Both the position numbers and the translations under genes were made by a program. The notes under the pieces are model-generated. The model was not told the DNA's origin. It was given only the letters and a program-made list of their open reading frames with translations, and did no database searches. A stretch of 59,707 nucleotides of DNA from a virus: positions 1 through 59,707 of IMG/VR virus record IMGVR_UViG_3300045988_124470; one strand, given 5' to 3'. Below are positions 1-8,557 of the stretch, in pieces (position 1 is the first letter of the stretch; each line of letters begins with the position of its first letter).

Positions 1-51
1 TTTTCATTATATTAGATATAAAATCTTTTCCAGATTTATCTTTTACTTCAA
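1..51. repeat. Terminal direct repeat copy 1 (circular-assembly overlap)
   Basis: nt 1-51 (ttttcattat...ttttacttcaa) identical to 59657-59707. Confidence 0.95.
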
Positions 52-142
52 AGTAACAAAAACCACTACGTCCAAGTATTCTTGCTCTCTCAATGTCTTT
101 CTTGTGTTGCTGAATTTGATGTTCTAAAATAGGGCAAAACAT
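1..142 (-). CDS. Hypothetical protein, N-terminal part of an ORF that crosses the contig junction
   Basis: ATG at 142 (minus). The frame runs off position 1 and continues 59656->59493 on the circle, giving 101 aa in total (MFCPILEHQIQQHKKDIERARILG...). Confidence 0.5.
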   Translation of the reverse strand, partial: MFCPILEHQIQQHKKDIERARILGRSGFCYFEVKDKSGKDFISNIMK

Positions 143-184
143 AATCTTCCATATTGCGCAGAGCTTGCGCTCTGCTGGTTAAAC

Positions 185-469
185 TTATCTTTTATCTATC
201 ACTAAGTAATGGTCAGCTAAACACTTAACCCACTGTATTCTATATTTCTTTGAAGCACATCTAAATTCAATATCTCTTATCGCAGAAAGAATATCAGATA
301 CACTTTCATTGTAATACTTGGCGAGTATAGTCAACACATGATAGCTTTCTTGCGGTGTAAAGTGTAAAGAACTTCTATATCTCTTTGCTGTCTCATATAC
401 CCTCTTTGAGAATGATTCAACAGTCTCAAAATCTTCTTTTTTATAATTGAAAAGGTCTGTTGCTTTCAT
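185..469 (-). CDS. Hypothetical protein (94 aa)
   Basis: ORF track; first gene of the short leftward operon that crosses the junction; no recognisable motif. Confidence 0.6.
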   Translation of the reverse strand: MKATDLFNYKKEDFETVESFSKRVYETAKRYRSSLHFTPQESYHVLTILAKYYNESVSDILSAIRDIEFRCASKKYRIQWVKCLADHYLVIDKR

Positions 470-615
470 ATCTTATATGTTTTAATTGTTATGACTTCAT
501 TTCTGACGACGCAAAGATAGTATAATTTATAATATAAAATACTATTCGTGCGCTAATAAATCATAAAATAGAGCATTATTTATGATATATACTAATAAAT
601 AAGTATTTTTGTATC

Positions 616-867
616 ATGGAAGCAAAAGGAGTAATACACTTAGAAATTAAGGCTACCGGATTGCATAGGTATTTCGGTTCGCCATCGGCTATGTATGACA
701 ACTATACAAGCCGAGAATTAGGAATAGCTCGGCAGTCACTTCTGAACTACTGGCAAAAGACGGAATCACCTTACGAGAATGCTATCTGTATTATTAGGAA
801 GGGAGAGTTAGAACGAAAGAAAAAAATGGTACGAAATGAAAGAACTACAAACAACCATATCATTTAA
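616..867 (+). CDS. Small putative DNA-binding (HTH-like) protein
   Basis: 83 aa; segment SRELGIARQSLLNYWQK resembles a helix-turn-helix; overlaps the next + gene by 32 nt. Confidence 0.45.
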   Translation: MEAKGVIHLEIKATGLHRYFGSPSAMYDNYTSRELGIARQSLLNYWQKTESPYENAICIIRKGELERKKKMVRNERTTNNHII

Positions 868-1273
868 AAATGTCCAAGATGCTTTTTATGTATATTGTGA
901 TATTATAGAAAGGCATGAAAGAGGAGTTACAGGCTCATCAATTGCGAGCTTTTATATTGGATGTGTTATTCTGCAATCTTTCGCCTGTGAAATAGGATTA
1001 AAAGCCCTACTTGCATCAGAGAATAAAGTTGCTCATGGGCATTATTTAAACGATTTATTTAATGAATTGAGCACACAAAAGCAGGATATAATAAGACAAT
1101 GTACTGAATATGACAGATTATTTTTTTATGAATCGTTATCAGCAAACAAAGACCATTTTACAAAATGGAGGTATTATTATGAAGGAAATAGTCTTTCTGT
1201 TGATTATCAATTCACATCCAAACTATTTTATGCAATTAAAGCATGTTTAGATGAAATTAAGCCGGAGCACTAA
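836..1273 (+). CDS. All-alpha protein with HEPN-like pattern
   Basis: 145 aa. CEIGLKALL...HGHYLNDLFNEL...FTKWRYYYE matches the HEPN layout (E..lKAll...H.L..L...RY) by eye. The canonical R-x4-6-H motif is not obvious. Confidence 0.4.
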   Translation: MKELQTTISFKNVQDAFYVYCDIIERHERGVTGSSIASFYIGCVILQSFACEIGLKALLASENKVAHGHYLNDLFNELSTQKQDIIRQCTEYDRLFFYESLSANKDHFTKWRYYYEGNSLSVDYQFTSKLFYAIKACLDEIKPEH

Positions 1274-1593
1274 ACTCCGGCTTGTTGATTGATTAGCCCT
1301 TTGAATTTTAACCGATTTACGATTTCGGTGTAAAGATAGTCAATATCCTGCCTAAATTCCTTGTATTGCTGATAGATAAATGAAACATCAGCTATATTGT
1401 TTGAAATTACACAAGGCGATACATCCGGAAATACTTTTGCCAGTTCCACCCTGATACCACTTGGCAACCGGCTGCCCGCCAATACACTTGGGGCAAACAA
1501 GAATAAAACAATAAATAGGAATTTCTTTCTTTGCGTGACGCTTTCGATATTAGGTGCGCAGTTCATTTCAGAGAGAATCTCCTTGAACCACAC
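1270..1593 (-). CDS. Hypothetical protein (107 aa), last gene of leftward early operon
   Basis: ORF track; hydrophobic central segment (FLFIVLFLFAPSVLAG). Confidence 0.55.
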   Translation of the reverse strand: MWFKEILSEMNCAPNIESVTQRKKFLFIVLFLFAPSVLAGSRLPSGIRVELAKVFPDVSPCVISNNIADVSFIYQQYKEFRQDIDYLYTEIVNRLKFKGLINQQAGV

Positions 1594-1809
1594 ATAAATG
1601 TCTTGTATTAATCTTAAATCACATAATATAGGTACTGAAAGTTCTTGTTCCCGTTCCGAAAGTCTTGTTTTTGCTCTCTGATGGATTTAAGTTCCGATAT
1701 TGCTGAAAATTCTTTTGTCATAGCACGATTATTTTAAAAGTAAATAGTATATTTGCATCATAATCGTGTGAGGGAGGATTGAGTGGTCGTGCGCTTGGTT
1801 CTCCTCTTT

Positions 1810-2028
1810 CTATTTTACTTTAACCGTATGATTTTTCGCCCACATCATCGCATTATATAGAGATGTGGCGTACATCCTGACTTCTTCCCTGTTATTTAAA
1901 AAGTCAACCTCTAATGCAGCCCTGATGGATTCAGCGTAGAGGTCTTGGTCTAATATGTTATTCTCTTCCATTGTATTTAATTGATTATTCCAAATTTGTG
2001 ATACCATTTGTCTGCATGGGAGAACCAA
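1810..2028 (-). CDS. Hypothetical protein
   Basis: ORF track; the true start may be the internal Met at 1971 (MEENNILDQ...). Confidence 0.5.
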   Translation of the reverse strand: MVLPCRQMVSQIWNNQLNTMEENNILDQDLYAESIRAALEVDFLNNREEVRMYATSLYNAMMWAKNHTVKVK

Positions 2029-2061
2029 CCGATTAGGACTGGCTTCCCGAATAGGGTGAGT

Positions 2062-2340
2062 TTATAAAGTTTGCTCATGGCTTATTTCTTTTGCGTAACT
2101 TTTCAATTTATCAAGGAACTTACTATCGCCTGAATAATCCGCACCGATAGCCTTTTTGCTTTCAACAATCTGTTCCAAAAGGGGTATAGCTTTCTTTTTC
2201 ACTTCTTCTACTTCATTATAACCGCAGGCTTTATCAATTAACTGCTCCATAACTGATTTAGGCTTAGAAAGAGTTTCACTTAACTTTCCCAACCGCCAGT
2301 AACAGTAATCAATTGTGGCGATGTGTTCTAACTTATTCAT
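2062..2340 (-). CDS. Hypothetical protein (92 aa)
   Basis: ORF track; helical-looking, same-strand operon. Confidence 0.6.
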   Translation of the reverse strand: MNKLEHIATIDYCYWRLGKLSETLSKPKSVMEQLIDKACGYNEVEEVKKKAIPLLEQIVESKKAIGADYSGDSKFLDKLKSYAKEISHEQTL

Positions 2341-2457
2341 AGCTATTTACGTTTCAAATGCGACATTATTAAATCAAGTATTTCATAGAAGAAAACGGCA
2401 ATAATAATAGTCGTCCATGGATATTGGTTTATTAATTCGTAAAAATCTCTCATAGAT

Positions 2458-2898
2458 TTATTGCTTTATCAAGTCCGGGTTATCGTAAATGTTGCCTATC
2501 ACCTCACTCCTATAAGCGGACAACGGTTTATACTTGATTTTGTCAAGCTCATTTTTTATACAAGGATTAAGACAGACACCTTTGTTCGCAGTTATCGTGG
2601 CAACTCCAACATATTTGCCTTCTTCTTCATAGCAGTCATCATCGGTATAAATTTCAGCAACATAACTCATACGGACAATATCGCCCTCATATATTCTCGT
2701 TTTATTCTTGTCGTGTAACCCAGTGAACTGCCCCAACGTCTCTATCTGAATTGGTATCTCATGCGCTCCGTCAGTAATTACGTCGACGAGATTGCCACTC
2801 CATAATACTTTTGTATAATAACCATCCACCCATTCTCCTTGAAAAAACTCATTGTTTATCGCTTTCGCCCTGAATTTTATTTCACGCTTCATAATCAA
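2458..2898 (-). CDS. YopX family protein
   Basis: KFRAKA..., LGQFTGLHDKNKTRIYEGDIV, VIGNIYDNPDLI are the classic YopX (PF09643) signature blocks. Confidence 0.85.
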   Translation of the reverse strand: MIMKREIKFRAKAINNEFFQGEWVDGYYTKVLWSGNLVDVITDGAHEIPIQIETLGQFTGLHDKNKTRIYEGDIVRMSYVAEIYTDDDCYEEEGKYVGVATITANKGVCLNPCIKNELDKIKYKPLSAYRSEVIGNIYDNPDLIKQ

Positions 2899-3191
2899 TC
2901 CTTATTGGTGTTGTTTTTTAAATAATCATTAAACTCGGCTTCAATGCACTTGTTGATTCTATCAGCTTCCTCATACCTTTCTTCTTCAATCAGCCTATCC
3001 TTCAACCAGTAGAGTTGATTCATATAAACTAAATCTTCCCGTCTTGACACGCGGCGAGTGTATTCCTTAACCTCGTTTAGCTTATCTTCCATGCGCCTGT
3101 GCCATCTGCTTACCATAATGCAGATGAAGCATACTGAAAAAGTATTGACCGTAAAGAGGATGGCGTTAATTATCAGTTTTTCAGTTTCCAT
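2895..3191 (-). CDS. Membrane-anchored hypothetical protein
   Basis: N-terminal TM (LIINAILFTVNTFSVCFICIMV); 4-nt overlap with the downstream gene. Confidence 0.6.
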   Translation of the reverse strand: METEKLIINAILFTVNTFSVCFICIMVSRWHRRMEDKLNEVKEYTRRVSRREDLVYMNQLYWLKDRLIEEERYEEADRINKCIEAEFNDYLKNNTNKD

Positions 3192-3197
3192 AATCCA

Positions 3198-3380
3198 TTA
3201 TTGTTTATCTGTTAATGCTCCGTTTCTCTTATCATAATTCCTCATGCGGGGGCATTTCCCGTCACATCTCATGTTCACATGTACATTGTTTGCTATTCCT
3301 GATATGAAAGACTTCTTATAGCACTGCCCACTGTACGGGCTGTAATGTTTGCAACGTTCCCGGTATTCGTTTCTATTCAT
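3198..3380 (-). CDS. Small Cys-rich hypothetical protein
   Basis: 60 aa with 5 Cys (C..C...C..C pattern). Confidence 0.5.
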   Translation of the reverse strand: MNRNEYRERCKHYSPYSGQCYKKSFISGIANNVHVNMRCDGKCPRMRNYDKRNGALTDKQ

Positions 3381-3382
3381 GG

Positions 3383-3751
3383 TTATACAAGTTTTAATGC
3401 TTCAAAAATCCCGGCTTCCAGTGCTTCCTCATAGCTTTTATAATGCACTAAAGGCCTGTCGGATAATCCCACTAAATCATGGTTCGGTATTGTTAGTATA
3501 TCGTATATCCAATAATCCCCATGCATATAGGATACTTCAACGTGTAGCTTCCTGGTTTCACGTAGCCACTTCTGGGCGAGGGATTGGGGCGGGCGGTCAT
3601 CATAAAAGAAAATAGGGTCATCATGGTTAACACGTACACCAAATTTTTGAAGAAGATTACAGCAGAATTTAGAAATAGATTCTACTGGAATATCAAAGCC
3701 TTTTTCTTTCAACATTTCCGCCGTTTCTAATGTTACAAGTTCTTCGGTCAT
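3383..3751 (-). CDS. Hypothetical protein (start trimmed to Met at 3751)
   Basis: The ATG at 3751 forms an ATGA overlap with the stop of the upstream gene (3748). The longer track ORF (to 3820) would overlap by 73 nt. Confidence 0.6.
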   Translation of the reverse strand: MTEELVTLETAEMLKEKGFDIPVESISKFCCNLLQKFGVRVNHDDPIFFYDDRPPQSLAQKWLRETRKLHVEVSYMHGDYWIYDILTIPNHDLVGLSDRPLVHYKSYEEALEAGIFEALKLV

Positions 3752-4212
3752 GGTTTTATAAATATTACAATTAATAAAACAGCAGCCATGATGGAAGCAA
3801 TCAAAGCAAACCATTTCCATATTTTTACAGTAGCCTTCAAACCATATTGCTGCTTATTAAACTCACTCATTGCATAATTCAAAGCCTCGTCTTTCAATCC
3901 TTTAAACTTGTTATTCAAGAACTCGGTTATATCGTCTGCAATAGTATATTTCACCCTTTCCGATATGGATATTGGATAGCCCCTCTCGTCATAATTTATC
4001 TCATTCAGTAAATCATGATGGAAAAGATACGGCACACCATTCACTTCATAATACACCCTTATTCCACTCTCTTTGATGTATTTCAAAAACATCTCTTCGG
4101 AAAGTTCCTTTATCCTTACCTCATTCAGTTCGGACTTTTCTTTCAAACTATTAAAATATTCCTCGTCAACAATCACACAATTGTTTTCAAGTTTCATTAC
4201 ATGTGCTTTCAT
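3748..4212 (-). CDS. Hypothetical protein with C-terminal TM helix
   Basis: 154 aa; C-terminus WKWFALIASIMAAVLLIVIFI is hydrophobic. Confidence 0.6.
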   Translation of the reverse strand: MKAHVMKLENNCVIVDEEYFNSLKEKSELNEVRIKELSEEMFLKYIKESGIRVYYEVNGVPYLFHHDLLNEINYDERGYPISISERVKYTIADDITEFLNNKFKGLKDEALNYAMSEFNKQQYGLKATVKIWKWFALIASIMAAVLLIVIFIKP

Positions 4213-4592
4213 TTTTTTTCTTTAAAGTGTTCAATAAGTTCGTTTACGGTAGCTACATGACAGTAGCATGAGCATCTATTAAAATACCCTATCGTAAAAT
4301 CCCCTTTTTTATAATGGGGTGGAAAATCTTGGTCGAATATCCAATATTGGTTAGCACTTGTATCATCTCTTAATGCAGCGATAGCCAAGAAAAGTTCTTC
4401 GTTGGTTCCACAGTTATATGTACTACCAAGAACGTTTTTCTCAAAAATAGAATACATAAAACCATTTCTATCAGCAACAAGACCATCTCTTTTATCATTG
4501 TCATTATCAAGAGAGCGATAACCAATATTTTTTAGTTTTTCTTGAAGCTCTGTAGTATTCTTTCTTATAAAGCACGGTGTCGTAAATCCCAT
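4209..4592 (-). CDS. Hypothetical protein (127 aa)
   Basis: ORF track; 4-nt overlap coupling. Confidence 0.6.
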   Translation of the reverse strand: MGFTTPCFIRKNTTELQEKLKNIGYRSLDNDNDKRDGLVADRNGFMYSIFEKNVLGSTYNCGTNEELFLAIAALRDDTSANQYWIFDQDFPPHYKKGDFTIGYFNRCSCYCHVATVNELIEHFKEKK

Positions 4593-4594
4593 AA

Positions 4595-4999
4595 TTACTT
4601 CTCCTTTCCAATATATCCGTTTTCAATACACCAACACAGCATCTCGTAGGCTGCATCAATAAGCTCTTTGTCTTCTTTTAAAATCAATATAGAGCGTGAA
4701 TAAGGTTCCATATATAGACACGTATATGTGCCTGCAAGCTTTTGCAGGGTCAACACATACGTATCAATGAAGCATGGAAGCCTGTCGAGAATATCTTGTA
4801 AGGTGAAAGCTGGATATTCATGCTTCATATTCGGCTGACTTACAAAAAGGCAAGGCTCTTCCTCTATTTCATCTGTTCCATTGATAATAGAATCGGCGGT
4901 AGGCAAAAACTGCCAGTGCATACTTGCATCGCTCTTATCCAGGTCAAGCTCCTGCAAGTGATTCATCTGTTCGATTGATAATACTTGTTTTAAATTCAT
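4595..4999 (-). CDS. Hypothetical protein (134 aa)
   Basis: ORF track. Confidence 0.6.
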   Translation of the reverse strand: MNLKQVLSIEQMNHLQELDLDKSDASMHWQFLPTADSIINGTDEIEEEPCLFVSQPNMKHEYPAFTLQDILDRLPCFIDTYVLTLQKLAGTYTCLYMEPYSRSILILKEDKELIDAAYEMLCWCIENGYIGKEK

Positions 5000-5025
5000 T
5001 TCTTTTTATTTTTGATGTATTACTT

Positions 5026-5046
5026 ATAGGGGCACGAAGCCCCTAT
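5026..5046 (-). terminator. GC-rich hairpin after the DUF2829 gene
   Basis: ataggggc-acgaa-gcccctat, 8-bp stem 3 nt downstream of the stop at 5049; no clear U-run on the minus strand. Confidence 0.35.
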
Positions 5047-5048
5047 GG

Positions 5049-5765
5049 TTAGATAACTATCTCCCAGTCTTCTGCGAACACGTCACTGACAGACGGAACC
5101 CATGAATCAGCACGACCAGTATTCTCGTTGTAGATAAGACACTGGCTTGTGTAGTCAATGAATCCCTTTCCTTTCAGAATAAGGTCTTTTGCCGATTGAG
5201 GGAGCGATTGCATCTTAGGAATGATGTCACTTTCGATATGGGCTGGCACTTGCTTGAATACCATCAAACCTTTGCCGTTCCATCCTGCTCTGCGAATGGA
5301 AAGACCGAACTTTAACGCATGGATGGCTTCGCCGAAGTTATAACGTGTGTTACATTCTTTCTTTGCGCCATTAGCATATTCAATGCGATTGTGCAATGTT
5401 CCAAGGTAGCTTCCCATAGCTTCTCTTTGAAGATAGAGCAAGAAAGCAGGATAATCCTCCTTAACCACCTCACGGAACTTTTCTGAATCCACGAATACAG
5501 CGCATTTCTCAAACCGTTCCATGAGTTCTTTATCTTCAATTATCAAACGGTCAAGGAACGTATCAGCGCATTTATACGCTTCCTCAAACGGTTCGGCAGG
5601 CGACCAGCTTTCGTAACCGTCCTTGTACTTCACAAGATAACCTTTTTCATCGTTACCGTGCATCTTTTCGTCATTCTCATACGGATTTCGACCGCTTTTG
5701 TTGATAAACTCACCCAGTGTCATAGGCATTGCTTCAACTTCTTTTGTTCCAATATACTTTTTCAT
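5049..5765 (-). CDS. DUF2829 (Tad2-like) domain protein with N-terminal extension
   Basis: C-terminal ~100 aa: NFGEAIHALKFGLSIRRAGWNGKG...SWVPSVSDVFAEDWEIV matches the DUF2829 signature (fgeAl.alk.G..v.R.gWngkg ... DllaeDWei). Confidence 0.7.
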   Translation of the reverse strand: MKKYIGTKEVEAMPMTLGEFINKSGRNPYENDEKMHGNDEKGYLVKYKDGYESWSPAEPFEEAYKCADTFLDRLIIEDKELMERFEKCAVFVDSEKFREVVKEDYPAFLLYLQREAMGSYLGTLHNRIEYANGAKKECNTRYNFGEAIHALKFGLSIRRAGWNGKGLMVFKQVPAHIESDIIPKMQSLPQSAKDLILKGKGFIDYTSQCLIYNENTGRADSWVPSVSDVFAEDWEIVI

Positions 5766-5800
5766 AACTAATAGGGTTTTACAAAGCCGCCCAAAGGCTG

Positions 5801-6154
5801 TTATATTTTAGGTAATTCCACACCATACATATCGGCTAACTTCTGGAATTGTTTTTTCACAAACGGAGATTCTTCCAAAGCCTCTAATACTTCCGTTTTT
5901 AAACAGGCGTCCTCAACAAAAAACACGGTCTTACTTCCGGAACGATTATCATCCGGACTTGCAGTGAAAGAAAGGCACCCATACCCCTTGTAATAGAAAA
6001 AATTAAAGCCAGAAAAACCGAATAACTGAAAGTCTTCATCTATCTTGCTAAGTTCTTCTTCCTCTTGAGGAGAAAATTCTCCGGAAATAGCTTTAAAATA
6101 ATGTCCGGGACAACCATCAGTCCCGAAGTATGCTGTTCTTCTTTTCGTTTTCAT
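5801..6154 (-). CDS. Hypothetical protein (start trimmed to Met at 6154)
   Basis: ATGA overlap with the upstream stop (6151); 117 aa. Confidence 0.6.
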   Translation of the reverse strand: MKTKRRTAYFGTDGCPGHYFKAISGEFSPQEEEELSKIDEDFQLFGFSGFNFFYYKGYGCLSFTASPDDNRSGSKTVFFVEDACLKTEVLEALEESPFVKKQFQKLADMYGVELPKI

Positions 6155-6552
6155 AAAGTTCCTTTCTCTTTCATTCGTTGTAACACATCTTTGTTCGCCT
6201 CGAGGATTTGGTCGAAGGTTGGTATGGGCATCCATCCTAAGATTTTACTGCAACCAAAACGCCAATCATCTTCACCTAAATATACTGTCGTGTTAATTAT
6301 TATAGTACCATGATAATTGAAAATCACAATAACTTCTTTGTTTACTTCCGGCAACCGTTCCTCCACACTTATCCACGGAGATTGCTTTGACTGCCATTCG
6401 GCACCAGCTTTGAAAGCCCGTTCTGTAACATCAAGTACTGCATCGCGGGCGCCAGCATCATAATTATCTTCTTCAAAGTTTATCTCAAAATCGCTTGCTT
6501 CCAATATCTTTTGGAGATAGTCGTTAGCGGCTTCTTCTAATGTCTGTTTCAT
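6151..6552 (-). CDS. DUF551-like phage protein
   Basis: WISVEERLPEVNKEVIVI... resembles the DUF551 core (WisvedrlPe). Confidence 0.5.
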   Translation of the reverse strand: MKQTLEEAANDYLQKILEASDFEINFEEDNYDAGARDAVLDVTERAFKAGAEWQSKQSPWISVEERLPEVNKEVIVIFNYHGTIIINTTVYLGEDDWRFGCSKILGWMPIPTFDQILEANKDVLQRMKEKGTL

Positions 6553-6556
6553 ATCA

Positions 6557-6670
6557 CTTTCTTTTTGATTTAACCTTTATCGGATTACTTTTAGTCCCTG
6601 TACCAAACTTGCTAAGCGGTATCCTATGCAACCGTAGCCAGTACTTAAATGCGCCAATACTTTGTATCAT
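6557..6670 (-). CDS. Possible 37-aa basic micro-protein
   Basis: Hand translation: MIQSIGAFKYWLRLHRIPLSKFGTGTKSNPIKVKSKRK; fills an otherwise empty gap in the operon; below the track cutoff. Confidence 0.25.
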
Positions 6671-6671
6671 A

Positions 6672-6827
6672 TTAATTCTCCTTTACAATTCTACCATCAT
6701 CCAACAACGTGTATATATACCCTTTATAAGCCAAAGTGCAACACCATTGGCGGGCATACCTCAAGTATTGGTGCAGCTTATACCGATGCTGGTATTTCTG
6801 CATCTTTTTTCTTATTCTTCGTTTCAT
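6672..6827 (-). CDS. Possible 51-aa basic protein (internal Met of track ORF 6672..6968)
   Basis: MKRRIRKKMQKYQHRYKLH...; the full track ORF would overlap 6844..7032. Confidence 0.3.
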   Translation of the reverse strand: MKRRIRKKMQKYQHRYKLHQYLRYARQWCCTLAYKGYIYTLLDDGRIVKEN

Positions 6828-6843
6828 AATCAATGTGCTAATA

Positions 6844-7032
6844 TTAAATTTCCACTTTCGTATAATTACTAAAATCACAATACAAGTATTTACACCAGCC
6901 CCCGAAGCAATATTTATCATTGAGACACCCACATTGGGAAGTCCATTTGTTCTTTGCGATAACCTCATACATCGTGCCTTTATGGATAAAAAGGTCGCCG
7001 ACTTTTAAATTGGAAAGTTTAACTGCTTTCAT
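6844..7032 (-). CDS. Hypothetical protein (62 aa)
   Basis: ORF track; ATGA coupling with the upstream 54-aa ORF. Confidence 0.55.
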   Translation of the reverse strand: MKAVKLSNLKVGDLFIHKGTMYEVIAKNKWTSQCGCLNDKYCFGGWCKYLYCDFSNYTKVEI

Positions 7033-7193
7033 ACACGATTTACCTTCTTTGTTTTGAAAACCCCACCAAAATGCAGGTATTCTTTGCGCTTCTTGCGAAT
7101 AACGCTGTTAATAGAATCAATGTCTTCTTTTGCAAGTATATACAATAAAGCTCTATACTTACCTGCTATCTTTCCGGCTTTTAAACAAGACAT
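7029..7193 (-). CDS. Hypothetical 54-aa protein (not in the ORF track)
   Basis: Hand translation: MSCLKAGKIAGKYRALLYILAKEDIDSINSVIRKKRKEYLHFGGVFKTKKVNRV; its stop overlaps the ATG at 7032 (ATGA). Confidence 0.5.
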   Translation of the reverse strand: MSCLKAGKIAGKYRALLYILAKEDIDSINSVIRKKRKEYLHFGGVFKTKKVNRV

Positions 7194-7197
7194 ATCT

Positions 7198-7518
7198 TCA
7201 ACTATTTTTTTTTGTCAACAATGCAAGTCCTTCTCCCTTTTTTAGGCTATTAATGGTGTATTCAATACGGTCTTTGCCATCAATCTTCATGGAAGGATGA
7301 CAAAATCTCTCATTTAAAGCAGCGCTTTCTACCACATCCTCTTTATTGATTAGCTTGATAACATCTTTTATCGAATCGAACTCCCTGTTTTTTAAAACAT
7401 CTACACATTTTTCCAAATGAGGTGCCATCTTTACCTTAGCCTCTAACAATGTTATACCCAACACATAGGATATTTGTATATAATTTACTAACATGATTAT
7501 TCTTTCTATTAAAACCAC
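7198..7518 (-). CDS. Hypothetical protein
   Basis: ORF track; the start may be an internal Met. Confidence 0.55.
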   Translation of the reverse strand: MVLIERIIMLVNYIQISYVLGITLLEAKVKMAPHLEKCVDVLKNREFDSIKDVIKLINKEDVVESAALNERFCHPSMKIDGKDRIEYTINSLKKGEGLALLTKKNS

Positions 7519-7593
7519 TCCTCATCCTTTCCGACCTCTACCGAAAGCCAGTCCATGAGGAGAGTTATAAGGTTATAAATCAGTTTCATTTCA

Positions 7594-8226
7594 CTAAACT
7601 TTTATCGCATTGGCAATATTATCGGCATCCGAAAGTTTTCTTACCAGCGCATCAAATGCGGATGTGCATCGTTCTGTGTTCATATTGACCGTTTTCCCGA
7701 TTTTCAAACTGTCGGAAGCAAGGTTCATCATCCTTGCCACATTGGAAAGCTTCAGGTATTCCAACGTAAACCCGTTAAACCGTGCATCTTTCTTCCGAAG
7801 TTCTTTAATCCTTTCGTCGAACTGAATACAGGAGTAATCACACAATGTCCTTGTAAGTTCGAACCTTGCAATCTCTGCGGAATGGAATATGCCGTTATCG
7901 TCAAGAACCTGTTTGAACTGCCAGTACAACATATCCACGTGCTTGTTCACTTCTTCCGTGTACTTGTCGTTGCAGTCGGCGAAGAACTCGCTCCGATCTG
8001 AACCGATAACGCTGTTTACAGTACGCTCATATTCCTTTCTTGCCTTGTCGGCATCATTCAAATACCGTTTGAATGCCTGTCTGTAATAAGGCGTGCGTTT
8101 CATCGCATGCAGGCTCTCGATAACCTGCCCGCAACAGATGTCGTTCGTGAAGAGAATGTTGTAAGTGCAGAGTACCACAAGGCTCTCATACTTGCTGATT
8201 ATCTTGGTTGCTGTATCGGTAGTCAT
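7594..8226 (-). CDS. Hypothetical protein (210 aa)
   Basis: ORF track; helical-looking. Confidence 0.7.
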   Translation of the reverse strand: MTTDTATKIISKYESLVVLCTYNILFTNDICCGQVIESLHAMKRTPYYRQAFKRYLNDADKARKEYERTVNSVIGSDRSEFFADCNDKYTEEVNKHVDMLYWQFKQVLDDNGIFHSAEIARFELTRTLCDYSCIQFDERIKELRKKDARFNGFTLEYLKLSNVARMMNLASDSLKIGKTVNMNTERCTSAFDALVRKLSDADNIANAIKV

Positions 8227-8390
8227 TGCTTTGCGTATTCTGCCTTATCCATACTCTTGTTTCTGCTCTCTTTGGCAAGCTCGTCAATCATGCGCTGAAA
8301 CTTCTTTGCCACCAACGGGCAGTGTATGCGCATCGCATTATCACGCTGCTGCTCCAATAATTCGATTCTCCTTTCAAGTTCTGTGTCCAT
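8223..8390 (-). CDS. Hypothetical 55-aa helical protein (not in the ORF track)
   Basis: Hand translation: MDTELERRIELLEQQRDNAMRIHCPLVAKKFQRMIDELAKESRNKSMDKAEYAKQ; ATGA overlap with the start at 8226. Confidence 0.55.
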   Translation of the reverse strand: MDTELERRIELLEQQRDNAMRIHCPLVAKKFQRMIDELAKESRNKSMDKAEYAKQ

Positions 8391-8557
8391 AAGTCGTTAT
8401 TGTTTTTTCTTAAAATTCTCACATATCCTTCCGTACCTGTCACATGCGCATACCCTATGACCTTTAGCTTTACAGAGGCATGAGTTCCGATAAAGTCTTT
8501 GGCGTATGAGCATTGGCGGCAGTGGACGGGGGAGAGGGGTTCTTTTTTCTTTGCCAT
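8288..8557 (-). CDS. Uncertain ORF (89 aa)
   Basis: The start abuts the upstream stop. The C-terminal half overlaps 8223..8390 and looks non-protein-like, so only the N-terminal part is likely real. Confidence 0.3.
   Translation of the reverse strand: MAKKKEPLSPVHCRQCSYAKDFIGTHASVKLKVIGYAHVTGTEGYVRILRKNNNDLWTQNLKGESNYWSSSVIMRCAYTARWWQRSFSA

Noticed and set aside
836-1273. The helical 145-aa protein as the missing DGR Avd
   Set aside because: It lies 13 kb from the DGR on the opposite strand, and its motif pattern looks HEPN-like rather than like a basic four-helix Avd.
1741-1760. Plus-strand match to the late-promoter -7 region (gtaaatagtatatttgca) inside the leftward operon
   Set aside because: No downstream + strand ORF follows, and no 8-nt-loop hairpin follows it. 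It is likely a chance match in AT-rich sequence, or an antisense promoter that cannot be supported from sequence alone.
6540-7008. Plus-strand ORFs 6540..6872 and 6736..7008, and the full-length minus ORF 6672..6968
   Set aside because: They overlap better-supported minus-strand genes and are hydrophobic or low-complexity. Only the internal-Met version 6672..6827 was kept, at low confidence.
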